From Azolla caroliniana (taxonomy: Eukaryota > Plantae > Polypodiophyta): DNA of 64,000 nucleotides. This document shows positions 9,377 to 20,299 of this stretch, in pieces. Position numbers and translations under genes: made by a program. Below the pieces are notes generated by a model. The model made no database searches, was not told the origin of the DNA, and worked only from the letters and a program-made list of their open reading frames with translations. Numbering within the stretch: position 1 is the first letter of the stretch; every line of letters begins with the position of its first letter. The DNA is taken from NCBI GenBank assembly GCA_043228905.1, contig JBHGNT010000004.1:23808001-23872000 (forward strand), in the 5' to 3' direction.

Positions 9377-10743
9377 GGATCTTCACAACAGCGTGCAACG
9401 AACCAGAGTGCGGCACAAGTAGTGCCAAACAACGGACGAGGATATGCGGCACACGGAGGTGCCGGAGCGGAAAGGCGAGTGCGAAGATGGGTTGCGCGGT
9501 TCGGAGGTAGCGCGTAGAAGGCCAGAGAAGGATCCTCCACACCGTTCCGGAGACCTTGGCGGTTCGAGCCGACGTGGCGACGTAAGACCATGGAGAAGGA
9601 AGGTGGCGGCGAGAGGACGAAGGCAATGCGAAACAACATGGGACAACAATAAGGACAACACGAACGGTCGACGGAGGCCAAGCGGGCCACTACGGGCATT
9701 CCTCAAGCGGAGGACATCGGGCATATGGCGGAGAGTGGAGCGTGCATACGGCCGAACAAGGGCCAACGGAAGTACGCGTACTACGGAGATCGCGACGAAG
9801 GACCCATCGACGGGTCGAATGAGCCTACGGGGAGGTAAGCGCGAAGGAAGAACTGAAGCCGACGGTTCAAACCGGCAGCGACTGGGATGCCGATTACGGA
9901 AGACCGGTTTCTCACCGGCCGAAATCTCTCACCCTTCACCGGATTTGGCACGTACCGGTGGACGTGCAATTTGGTGGGGGCGGATGTCATGAAGAATTTC
10001 GGCCAGAGGCGGAAATCGGGAAATATTGGGTACATCGGTGGGGTGCAGCATGTGCGCTCACCCTTGTACATTTAGTGTGAATAACGAGGGCGCCTTTATG
10101 GTGCCGAAGAGTAATCAAGTCGGGACAAGACTCCCATGTAATAAGGGATTTATCCCACGATGTTATGGATCTCTCTCCTTGTTCTATAAAAGGAAGGGAG
10201 CGCCCTTGGTGAAGGGGTTGCCCATTTTTGGTAGTAGGGTATACCGTTAGAGGAAGAAACGTTCTCTCTTCCTCTTTCTTTTCTCTGGTTTAGGGTTTCT
10301 TCTTGTTCTCCTCTGCTTCTTCTTCGTCGTTCTGTGTGTCGAGCCTTGACATCTAGTGTTTCTGTTTTCTACCTTGTTCTCAGTGCAAGACCCCGCTCGG
10401 CGCGACAAGCCCGAGAGCTCCCCGACCGTCGGCTTGGCAATAGACAACAGTTGTATCCTATGCTACCTAGGTCCGGCTCGAAGTCGATGTTGAATCTCGT
10501 TGTCTTGTAAATACATATACATTTGGTTGTGCATATTCGTGTATCTGTCGGTGATGTGTGCGTGTGTGAGAGTCAATGTTGCGTGCTTGTTCTCTCTCTC
10601 TCTCTCCCTTTGGTTGCTTTCGATGTGTTTCTGGGATGCCCCAGAAATGGTGAATCACGACTTCCTACACTCCGTTACTCCCTAGTCCAAGTCCCCCATG
10701 GTCCCGCTTGGAATTCTACACGTACCTGCGAAACTTCGCGACA

Positions 10744-11085
10744 ACGCATTGGCCAATAATGTGTGTAAAGTGCTTGAAAGAGCAAGGTCTTGTGGGTTGT
10801 GAGAGGGACAGGATGCCGTAAATGGAAACCTTGGAACTAAAAGTCAAGAGAGCATGATGGTGTCACACGTGTCGGCCGGAAAACACATGAAGTTACCGAA
10901 GGAGCAGGCCTCGTGGACTGCGAGAACGCGGGAACCTATAAATGGAAATCTAGAACTCCAAATCGAGTAAGTGTGATGGTAATCTGGTGTCGGCCAAAGG
11001 GAGGAACAAGATCCCGTAAATGGAAATCTGGCACTGCTAGTCGGATGAGCGTGATGGTGTCAAACATGTCGGTCGAAAAACACGT
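10744..11085. repeat. Minisatellite-like array, left part (same family as 22250-22760)
   Basis: Repeated core CCGTAAATGGAAATCT.GAACTCCAAATC.GGTAAG.GTGATGGTG. Confidence 0.75.
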
Positions 11086-12124
11086 TGTCGCGTTGTTACG
11101 CGCGTGCGTGGAGAAAGGCGGGACCACGGGGGTCTTGGACTAGGGAGCGACGGAGCGTAGGAAGTCGCACTTCACCGTTTCTGGGGCACCCCTGAAACGC
11201 ACCGGAAGCAGCCGAAGGGAGAGAGGGAGTGAGAGAGCGTGCTTGACACCGACTCACGCGCGCACACACACACACACATGCACGCACGCACGCACACACA
11301 CACACACACTCTTGTACAGGAAACGCAGGGAAGGAGGGGAGCACCCGACACCAACAAGACGCTAATATACACAGACAGACGCAACCGTATATGTATATAT
11401 ATATATGAAGAATACACTCCCGGCTTCGAGCCGGACCAAGATAGTTACAACAGTCGTCTTTTGTCAAGCCGCCGTCGGGGAGCTCTCGGGCTCGTCGCGC
11501 CGAGCGGGGTCTTGCACAGGAGATAAGTTGCAGCCAACCCTAAACGAACACGAAGGGGAAGAAGAAGAAGCAGAAGAAACCTAACCCTAAACCTACCGGT
11601 ATACCCTCTAATCCAAAATGGGCAACCCCCACAATGGTGACTTCTCTCTCCTTTTATAGCACAAGGAGGGAAGACCGCTTACAAAGGTGAGACTAAAATA
11701 TCCCCTTTCATTCAAAGGGGATATTTGCCTTGATTTGGGGGAGGGTGAGATTGATGGCCCCTTAACTCCCACCTCCTCACAAACAACTAGGTACCTATGT
11801 ACCGCATAGTACCTCTCTCTCTCTCTCGCGTGGATGTGCGTACAACCACATCACCTTTATACCTTTATTACTATTACAAATACATTATGTACGTGTGCAA
11901 CGTTGCACATCGCTCTTTGGCTCTCATTGATGGGGTTTCTGTTTGTGGACGAAAATCTTCACGACATCCGCCCCCACCTAACCGCACATCCTCCGGTATG
12001 TGCCAAAACATAGGGGAGAGAACACGAGATTTTTCGGCCACGACGACTGACTGAGTCCTTAGCGTCCTCGTGGGCCCGCTCGGCTTTGTCTTCCACTTCG
12101 AGCAAGACCACCCCGTCCACACGA
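11086..12124 (-). mobile_element. 3' end of element E (relative of A): ~160 bp internal, PPT and 3' LTR 11086-11966
   Basis: Minus strand PPT GGTGGGGGCGGA is followed by TGTCGTGAAG at 11966, and the LTR ends CGCGACA at 11086. It shares conserved blocks with LTR 9985-10743. Confidence 0.75.
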
Positions 12125-14850
12125 ACCATGATCACTAATAATATCATCTGGCAGACCATGATGCTTAAATACCTCCCGCATAACGAGATCAGCCGTCTCT
12201 TGACTAGTAATCGACTTTGTACATGGCAAGAAATGTGCCATTTTGGTAAATCGATCAACCACTGTGAGAATTGCATCAAAACCTTTTGAAACTGGGAGAT
12301 CAGTAATGAAGTCCAAGGATATAGACTTCCAAGGTGTTTCCGGAATGGGAAGTGGTTGTAGTAAGCCATAGGGTCGGTGACGAGGATTCTTTGATCGACA
12401 ACATATATCACAACTCCGAACATACTCCTCAACAAAATGACGAAGGCGAGGCCACCAATAGCGTCGAGAAATTAATTCTAGAGTCTTGTGAACTCCAAAA
12501 TGACCAGCCATTGGTGACTCATGGCAATGTTGCAAAACTTGTAGCCGTGGGGGACCATCAGGAACATACAATAAATTTTGTCGAAATAGAAAACCATCAT
12601 GCCAATAGAACTGACAATAGTCATTACGAGGATTTTTCGACTGTGAGCAAGAAGCACGATCCGGGACGATATGATCCAAAACATCCTTGACGAAATCATC
12701 AGTGGCCATATGATCTCGAATGGAATCAAGAAGAGTGGAATTTTCAAGAGCTGTTATGGCGTTAACTACCATTAATCGTAATCAATTAGGACCCAAAAGG
12801 ATTTGTTTTTGATGCTCAAAAGCAGGTTCCCCTGGACGAAGTTCCATATAAGAGCGCCGAGAAAGAGCATCTGCTTTGCCTTGCTGCATCCCAGGGCGAT
12901 ATATGATGATAAAGTCGAAGTGAGTCAAAAATTGCGCCCACCGGGCTTGTCGCCGACTCAAGACTCGAGCATTTTGGAAATAAGTCAGGTTCTTATGATC
13001 ATTGTAGACAATGATCTGCTGAGAAGAACCTTCTAGGAAATGTCGCCATTGTTGAAACGAATCCACGATTGCAAGAAGCTCTTTGTCATGGATCTCGTAG
13101 TTGATCTCTGCAGCTTCAAACTTTCGTGAATGAAAGGCGACAGGGTGTAGTTGTCCGTCATCTCCAGTCTGCGAGAGGACACTCCCTAGTGCAAAATCGG
13201 ATGCATCGGCTTCGAGGATGAAGCGTTTTGTTGGGTCGACATGTGCTAAGATAGGTGCCGTTGTAAATGCTCGTTTTAAGCTTTCGAATGCCTCGGATGC
13301 ATCTGAACTCCATATAAATGGTTGATCTTTATGTGTGAGCTGAGTAAGCGGAAGCACAACCTTGGAATAATCTTTAATAAATTTTCGATAAAAATTTGCA
13401 AACCCGAGAAAACATTGCACATCACGCACTGAAAGGGGCGTTTGCCACTCTAAAATTGCTTGTACCTTCATGGGGTCCATAGCAATACCATTTGACGATA
13501 CAACATACCCCAAAAATTCCACTTGATTCTGGCCGAAACTACACTTTTCTAATTTTGCGTAGAGACCATATTCTCGGAGTCGGCACAGTACTTGACGAAC
13601 ATGTGCATCATGCTCCTCTTGGGTCTTTGAGTAGATTAAAATATCATCTAGGTAAACTATAGCGAAGATATCAAGAAAATCTCGAAAAATATCGTTCGCC
13701 ATATGTTGGAAAACAGCAGGTGCATTCGTGAGACCAAATGGCATCACTGTATACTCAAAATGTCCATAGCGAGTGCGGAAAGCTGTCTTCCATTCATCCC
13801 CCGGGCGAATCCGAACTAGATTATATGCTCCGCGAAGGTCCAACTTCGTGAAATATTTTGCACCACTGAGACGTTCCAAAAGATTCGGGATTAATGGTAG
13901 AGCATATCTATTTCGGATAGTCACTTTGTTTAGCCCTCGATAATCCACGACCAACCGAAGAGTCCCATTCTTCTTCTTAACGAAGAAGATAGGTGCACCA
14001 ACAGGGGATCTAGAATGCCGAATGAATCCGTTTGCCAGATTCTCATCAATATATTCCCGCAAAGTCTCTAGCTCTACAGGGGAGAGATTATAAATTGGGC
14101 CCCATGGAGGTTCTTTCCCTGGTTGTAAGTCAATAGGGCAGTCGTATGGCCGATGCTCCGGCAATGTATTGGCCTTCACCTTATCAAAGACATCTGAAAA
14201 CTCCTTGTATTTCTTTGGTAGTTTAATATCCGCGTCACGTGAAGTGGATGATGGAGTTGCTACTATTGCGAAGACGAACATGGCCTCGTTCCCCCCTTCC
14301 TCCCGCAACTGTCGTAAAGAGATGGGCGATAACTCCGGGGATCTATTAGCACATGTAGGAGAGAGGGATGCGGGATTTGTGCTTTTTTTCCGAGTCTCCT
14401 CAATTGTTCTTTTCATCCAATCAATCTTCGGGTTATGGAGTTCAAACCAGGGGAGACCTAGAACTATTGGGTGGTCCGGACTACGAATAATATTGAAAGA
14501 GATTAGGCTTGCCAAATTGCCAAGAACTATCCTAATTGGCTCGGACTCCTCGACTATATCTCCTGATGCTATGGGACGTCCATCGATGACTCCTACGGCT
14601 ACTGGGTTGGGAAGCTTATTCAAGAGGATGTTTTGTGACAAGGCAAATTCACGATCCATGAAACAAGAGTTGGCTCCAGAATCTAGAAGGGCAGAGGCTA
14701 GGACTCGATGACATGTAGATGTGGTAAGCTCGACTTGTGCTGAAAAAACTCGACTCACTTGATTTGATGAAATGGAACCACGACTAGGAACTAACTCTAC
14801 ATAGCTAGGATGGTCCAGCCAAATGGCTCCTATTTTTGCCGGACTTACTC
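12125..14850 (-). pseudogene. Chromovirus 1 (Tcn1/sushi-like) pol: protease-RT-RNase H-integrase, with one in-frame stop and a 3' truncation
   Basis: Motifs LLDSGANSCF, YLDDILIYS, EADASDF..KELLAIV and the integrase H-H-C-C / SLDFIT / IISDHG. An in-frame TGA at 12782-12784 joins the two predicted ORFs, and the integrase is cut after SDHG. Confidence 0.92.
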
Positions 14851-15969
14851 GTTTAACACATCCTCTAATTGACTCAAGACATCGAATCTATTCTCATGAC
14901 ATGGACTATGAGGCTTATTTATGTTATTAGAAGTAACAATAGAACTCGATGTAGGGTTTTCATGGGCACTTACTTGGTATACTTGACGCCTAGGTTTATG
15001 TGGACAATTTACAGCTATATGTCCTGGACCACCACAATACAGGCAGAGGCGATGCGCTCGACGTCGTTGCTTCTCAGCATCTGATAACGGCCCACGACGT
15101 TGTGTTGACTCTATTTCCATCGGAGTTGGGCCATCCCTTGTAATGGGTCTAGAAACTTGTGGAGGCGTTGCGACTACGGAAGCGTAAGTCTGTTCAGGTT
15201 GGCGGCGTAACATTTGTTGGCGCTCAGAACGTCGCTCAAATAGGCGATTATCACATCGCACAGCTCGACTAATGGCTTCTGTAAGTGACTTCGGATCTTC
15301 AGGGAAAGTAAGAAGAAGATCTTTGACATCATTTCTCAAACCTTGACGGAATTGATCCATTAAAGCTGCCTCATCCCAAGGGATATCGCATGCCAAGAGA
15401 CGGAAATCGGCTGCATAAGACGACGCGGGACGATCTCCTTGTCGGAGCCTTCGAATCTTGTTTATCGCTGTCCTAGTGCTGTCGGTGTCTCCGAAACTAG
15501 CTTGAAACTCTTTAACAAAGGCCTCGAAATCCTCCAGCAATGGTGATTTCTTCTCGAGAAGTGGTGCGAACCATGCTAACATCGTACCGCATAGCAAAGT
15601 TCCCACTAATCCCACACGAGCAGCATCAGTTGGATACCGATTGGGATGTAGCTGAATAACTAAACGAACTTGATTCAAAAAGCCTCGAAATAAAGACCTC
15701 GTACCATCAAACTTGGCAGGGAGGCTGATCTTTGGCTCTCTAGGGGAGTTCTAAGCCCCCGACGCTTGCTCTCGTAATGACAATATAGTCGCCTCAAGTT
15801 GATGAACCCGCTGTGATAACTCTTCATATTGTTGAGCTTTTTCGGCGCTCACGTGCTGTAGATCTCCAAGTAGCCTTTGATTCTCATGCTCTAATGCCAC
15901 AAATTTATTCGTGAGCATGTCGAGCTCAGAAAGAACACGCATGTATTCTTGTTTGCTCACGGACTCCAT
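14845..15969 (-). pseudogene. Chromovirus 1 gag (PEG10/sushi-like capsid plus CCHC) with one in-frame stop
   Basis: EPKISLPAKFDGTR...LRQG...GL...PMEI...CLYCGGPGHIAVNC. The TAG at 15751-15753 is in frame between the two predicted ORFs. Confidence 0.9.
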
Positions 15970-16057
15970 AGCTTATGAGGGGAGAGGAGAAGGAAGAAGA
16001 GAACTTGTTAGGGTTTGTGGAAGACGAAGAGATGAAAGGAAAGAAATTGGTTCAAAC

Positions 16058-16490
16058 TGTCAAGACTGAGAGAGAGAAAGAGAGAGAAAAAGAGATAGAG
16101 AGATAATTGAAAGAGAATTATTATATTGAAGCGTAAAATGGATTACAAAGAGTAGGCTACAAAATGGCGTTGAACCAATTTAGGTTTGGGATGGGTGATA
16201 GATCCCTATTTATAAGTAATAGAGAACTCTCTAGAATATTCTAGGTTATCCTAGAATGTAGAGTAATCTAGAAGATCTCTAGAGTATTCTAGAAGGTTCT
16301 AGTGGTATAGAACACTCTAGAATATTCTAGGTCATTCTAGAATGTAGAGTAATATAGAATATTCCTATGATATTAGATTTCATATTCTAGAGACTATACA
16401 TATAATAATATTAATACAATGGTTAAGGATTTGACATGTGTACAACAAGGTCGTGGGTTCAAATCTTTTCGAGTCATAATGTGAGTGTCA
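16058..16490 (-). mobile_element. 5' LTR of chromovirus 1 (outer boundary approximate)
   Basis: The LTR ends ...CTTGACA at 16058, with TATAAATA at 16207-16214 and an HSE array upstream. Its architecture matches LTR 19674-20077. Confidence 0.7.
16228..16392. promoter_or_regulatory. Heat-shock element array in chromovirus 1 U3
   Basis: Repeated GAAnnTTC units, a perfect TTCTAGAAGGTTC at 16287-16299 and an ~86-bp internal duplication. Confidence 0.65.
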
Positions 16491-16529
16491 TGATCCTTTC
16501 GATGCATGATGTGACTGTTATCATGATCC

Positions 16530-16715
16530 TCTTCCCTTTATTCCCTGTCCCCCTTCCCGGGATACACACAATCCCCCCCCCTAATAAATTCGTGCGGCTT
16601 CGTATTTACACCCACCGGTTCGTGTACAAAATGTCAAGTCACGCGTCCATCCGTGTAAGGGCCGGTTTACGCGCTTTCTCTCCGATTCCGCCTATGGCCG
16701 GTTTTCTTCACGACA
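16530..16715 (-). mobile_element. 5' fragment of an element-B-family LTR inserted into a copia integrase
   Basis: Shares CTTTATTCCCTGTCCC and CCGATTCCGC.TATGG.CGGTTTTCTTCACGACA with 2702-2961, and breaks the copia integrase at ...SRYTWIYV. Confidence 0.7.
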
Positions 16716-18952
16716 ACGTAGATCCACGTGTACCGACTGTAATCGTCAATAAAGGAGACGAAGTACCGACTCCCGCCAAGACTAACATTATGTGTCAGTC
16801 CCCATACATCCGACTGGATTAAATCGAGCTTGTTACGGCCCCGGTTTCGTTCGGTGGGGAATGGAAGCCGGTGTTGCTTCCCGAGTTGGCAGGCTTCACA
16901 AATTACGGCCTTCCGGCCGCTACATTTCGGCAAACCGAAAACAACTTGTTTCGATTGCAAGTCCTGAAGCCTCTGGTAGTTGACATCATTAGTGTTTCGA
17001 TCCGCTTGTGCCAGATATCGATGTCCGATTCAATCTTCTGTCCTTTGGCAAACATTAGTGTTGAGGATGAACAAGTTGCCTTCCCTGCGCCCTTGTGCGA
17101 TTATCTAGCCTTCTTCCTTGATGAAGCTTCCGAGGTGCGTAAACCGCACCTGCATTCCTTGGTCGACGATTTATCCAATCGACACCAGGTTTTTGGTGAT
17201 AGTCAGAACGTGTAGTACGTTCATCGACTTCCCCTTCTGCCCGACATTGCTTAAAGGGACTTCTCTGACATGCACAATCGGGTGAGGGGTGTCGTCTCCG
17301 ATTTCAACAATACCCGGTTGGTCTAGTTTCTCCAAAAACGAGAACCACACCTCATGGTTCGTCATGTGGTTGGACGCTCCGGAATCAACGTATCATACTT
17401 CCTCCGATTTGGAAGTAGTCTTCTTCATCGAGTTATCCTTGTGCTTCATCATGAAGGTTGACCCTTTACCGGTCTTCCCGGTTCCGAATCCTTCTGATCC
17501 TTCCGCGTAGTGCGAGCTTTGCCAAATTTGCCAAATCCAGATTTGTCCGAATTGGCGCGCTTCTTCCAACACTCGCTTTACCTGTGGCCCTTTTTGCCAT
17601 AATACCAGCATTTTGTGTCGGCTTTTCCTTGCCAGCTTCAAGCGCCGCTTTGACTCCCCCTACTTGTGGAGGGTCTAGAACTGTTGTCGACACTAAATTT
17701 GTACCTTCAGTCCTACTCTTGCCGGCCACCTCCATTGCGTGCCGACCCACCTCGTCCTCCATGTCCATTGGGCCGATCTGACTCCGTGTACAACATCTAG
17801 TTGTCCGATTCAGTGGTCCTCAACCTGCTCGCGTGGTTTTCTTCGACCATCAACATTCATTGTAAGTCGAAGAAGGACGGTGGCTTCTCTCGGGTGCATA
17901 TCACTGTCCGGATTACCTCGTACCTTTGCGCTAGACCACTGAGGCAGATTTGTACCATCTCGTCTTCGTCCACCGTCACGTTGATGGACCCGAGTGCATC
18001 ACAAATCTCCTTTCTCTTGGTGGTGTAATCCGTAACTGTCATGTCTTTTTGCCGGATGTTGCTCAGCTCTTGACAGAGCTACAACTTACGGGCTATGGTA
18101 CTTGCCACGAAAATCTTCCTCAAATTTCCCCAAGCCTCCTTCGGCGTTTTTGCAACCTTTATTTAGTCGAGCATCTGGTCGTGCACACAGGACGCGAGGC
18201 AGTACAATACTCGGCTCACTCCTTGCTCCCATATCAGGAAGTCCTCGTGTGCCGGCTCCGATGCTACCTCATTTGTTCCTTTCACAAAGCTCCAATATCC
18301 ATGCCCCAACAGGTATTGGTGCATCTTGTATGACCAGGACGCGTAGTTGCTCTGGTCGAGCTTCTCTGATGGAAGTGAACTCGCCATTCCTCTGTCCATA
18401 TCTTCTTCCTGTCTATTGTTACCGGGTTCTAGGGTTCGTCTACAAAAGCAAGTGTCAGTTGCAGAGGTTCTCAACCCTCGCGCTTTCATACCATCTGAAT
18501 GTTAACGTGCGGAAGTGTTAGACAGAACCAGCTCAACCGGATAGCAACAGAGAATAAGATGAAGCTTTAATGGAGAAGTTTAATACACAAAGAGTATACA
18601 CAGGAGAGACACACAGAGAGCATAACATAAACTTAGATTCAAAAATAATAAAACACTCTTTAACTCTATATTCATACAATGTGCTATAACAACACTATTT
18701 ATACAAAGTCCATAAAGGACTGACGGAAGTACTGACAGGTACTTCAATGCTCATACGAGCGACTGACACTAACTACGAGACAATGATTACCTAGTAGACT
18801 AGGCTACTACTAGGCTTCTGGTTCCCACTCAAATCCGGCTCTCTGATCCAGCTGGTTGTTTCCGGATACGGATCCGGCTCATCCTTCCGAATGTCGATCC
18901 GGCTCAAGCTTATTCAGCCGATCCGGATCCGGTTGAGCTTGCTCGCTCAATA
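16716..18952 (-). mobile_element. Degenerate Ty1/copia 5' half (LTR 18500-18952, iMet-type PBS 18482-18493, gag-PR-IN fragments)
   Basis: KLDQSNYASWSYKM, CEACQLGKQHRLPF, SDVWG and FIDDYSRYTW occur in broken frames. The PBS reads TGGTATGAAAGC, and the element interrupts the chromovirus 2 protease at VEAIDG. Confidence 0.85.
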
Positions 18953-20077
18953 GCCCATCGATAGCTTCAACTGAGATAGGCTTGGACAACCGGACAACAG
19001 GAAAGTTGTGTTTATGAACCAAAGTTTTGTCCATAAAACACGTCGTGGCCCCGGAATCGAGTAGCACTAAGGATTGAATTGAAATAGACTAGATATAGAG
19101 AGTTACCTCGAAGGAAAAGTCGTTAATAGAACTTTGGGAGCAGCATGTATGTCTGATGTCCAACCACATGGCTCCTACTGTAGTTGGACCTCGTCATTTT
19201 CCGAATGTTGGGACCCACTAGTTGGATTGTCCCGATAGACTTGTCGCAAATTGCTTTTGAGTGGGCAAAAGCGAATTAGATGGGTTGTAGTCGGCAAAAG
19301 TCATTCGCATATCTTTGGGGTTGTTGTCGGATAATAAGCTTGATCTGATTTATGAACCCTTGGAATCGTGCCCTTGTGCCATCGAACTTGTCGAGTAAAC
19401 TAACATTGGGTTCTATAGTTGAAGTGGGGTGAAGAGGAATTGGAGCGAGGATTGAAGAGGGGCCAAGCTCTACAAATTGGAGATTCCTTAATGTAGGAGG
19501 GCATTTGGGTTCCTCATTCTCCAATTCCATTGGAGTCCTAGCTTGGAGTTTCTGGAGAGATTCCCAAAGATTCTCATTTTCAAGTTGAAGTTGATGCATG
19601 GCTGCCAATAGTTGATTTATGTTCTCAGTAGAATCTGACATGATGAGGTTTTGAAAATGGAAGGTGAACAAATTGTTACGGACAAGTAGACGAGGCTCAA
19701 TACTAAGAGAGTGAGAGAGAGATCATAGACAAGATAATAAGGAGAGAGAGAAAGTAGTCAAGAGAACAAGAACTGAATTATGATTCCGTAATTGGTGTTG
19801 TTCACCTTGACTAAGGCCAAGGTGAACCCCTCTATTTATACATGTTTATGGACTCTAAATGTATCCCCATGCAAAGACTACTTTTCATGCACAAGCTTCT
19901 AGAATGTTCTAGCTTCCGAAGCTTTCTAGAAGCTTCTAATATCCTACATGTAGAATAGATCATTAATAATAATCTAGTAAGGTAACATGATTATGTATTG
20001 GATGTATCGGTTAAAACATATCGATTAAATACAATAGGTCAAGAGGTCAAATCATGACAAGACTTTTGTTCATGACA
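18953..20077 (-). mobile_element. Chromovirus 2 5' remnant (LTR 19674-20077, internally deleted gag, protease start)
   Basis: EPNVSLLDKFDGTRARFQGFINQ and LLDSGATTCFMD. The LTR runs TGTCATG...CGTAACA with TATA at 19833-19840. Confidence 0.85.
19897..19936. promoter_or_regulatory. Heat-shock elements in chromovirus 2 U3
   Basis: Two perfect TTCnnGAAnnTTC sites: TTCTAGAATGTTC at 19897-19909 and TTCTAGAAGCTTC at 19924-19936. Confidence 0.65.
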
Positions 20078-20299
20078 ACACTAATCAAATTTCTACAATA
20101 AATATAAAAATATTCATTTTTTAAAAATTAATTAATTAAAATAAAGGTTAATAAACTCTCCCCTTTTTTATTTGACACTATAAAGGAGAGTTAATACTAA
20201 TCATATTTTTATAATCTATTAATGAATGATTGCTCTTTTTTTAGTGAATTAAATTCTTTTTTCTTAATTAATTACTTAATTTTTTGTATATTTATTTTG

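Larger units (their letters stand above)
3335..9390 (+). mobile_element. Solo LTR C (~1.24 kb), split near its 3' end by the copia insertion
   Basis: Termini TGTCGTGAAGAT...ATCTTCACAACA form an 11/12 inverted repeat. A 4-bp TSD GCGT lies at 3331-3334 and 9391-9394. Confidence 0.75.
2962..10743 (+). mobile_element. 3' part of host LTR element A (internal 2962-3334 plus 9395-9984, PPT, 3' LTR 9985-10743), carrying nested insertions
   Basis: PPT GGTGGGGGCGGA is directly followed by TGTCATGAAG at 9985, and the LTR ends CGCGACA at 10743. It is homologous to the inverted LTR at 11086-11966. The internal parts on each side of the solo LTR are related repeats. Confidence 0.7.

Noticed and set aside
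11086-16715. A single element with an ACGT TSD at 11082-11085 and 16716-16719
   Set aside because: The two LTRs belong to different subfamilies and the flanks (minisatellite vs copia integrase) are not contiguous. The match is better explained by a shared target preference.
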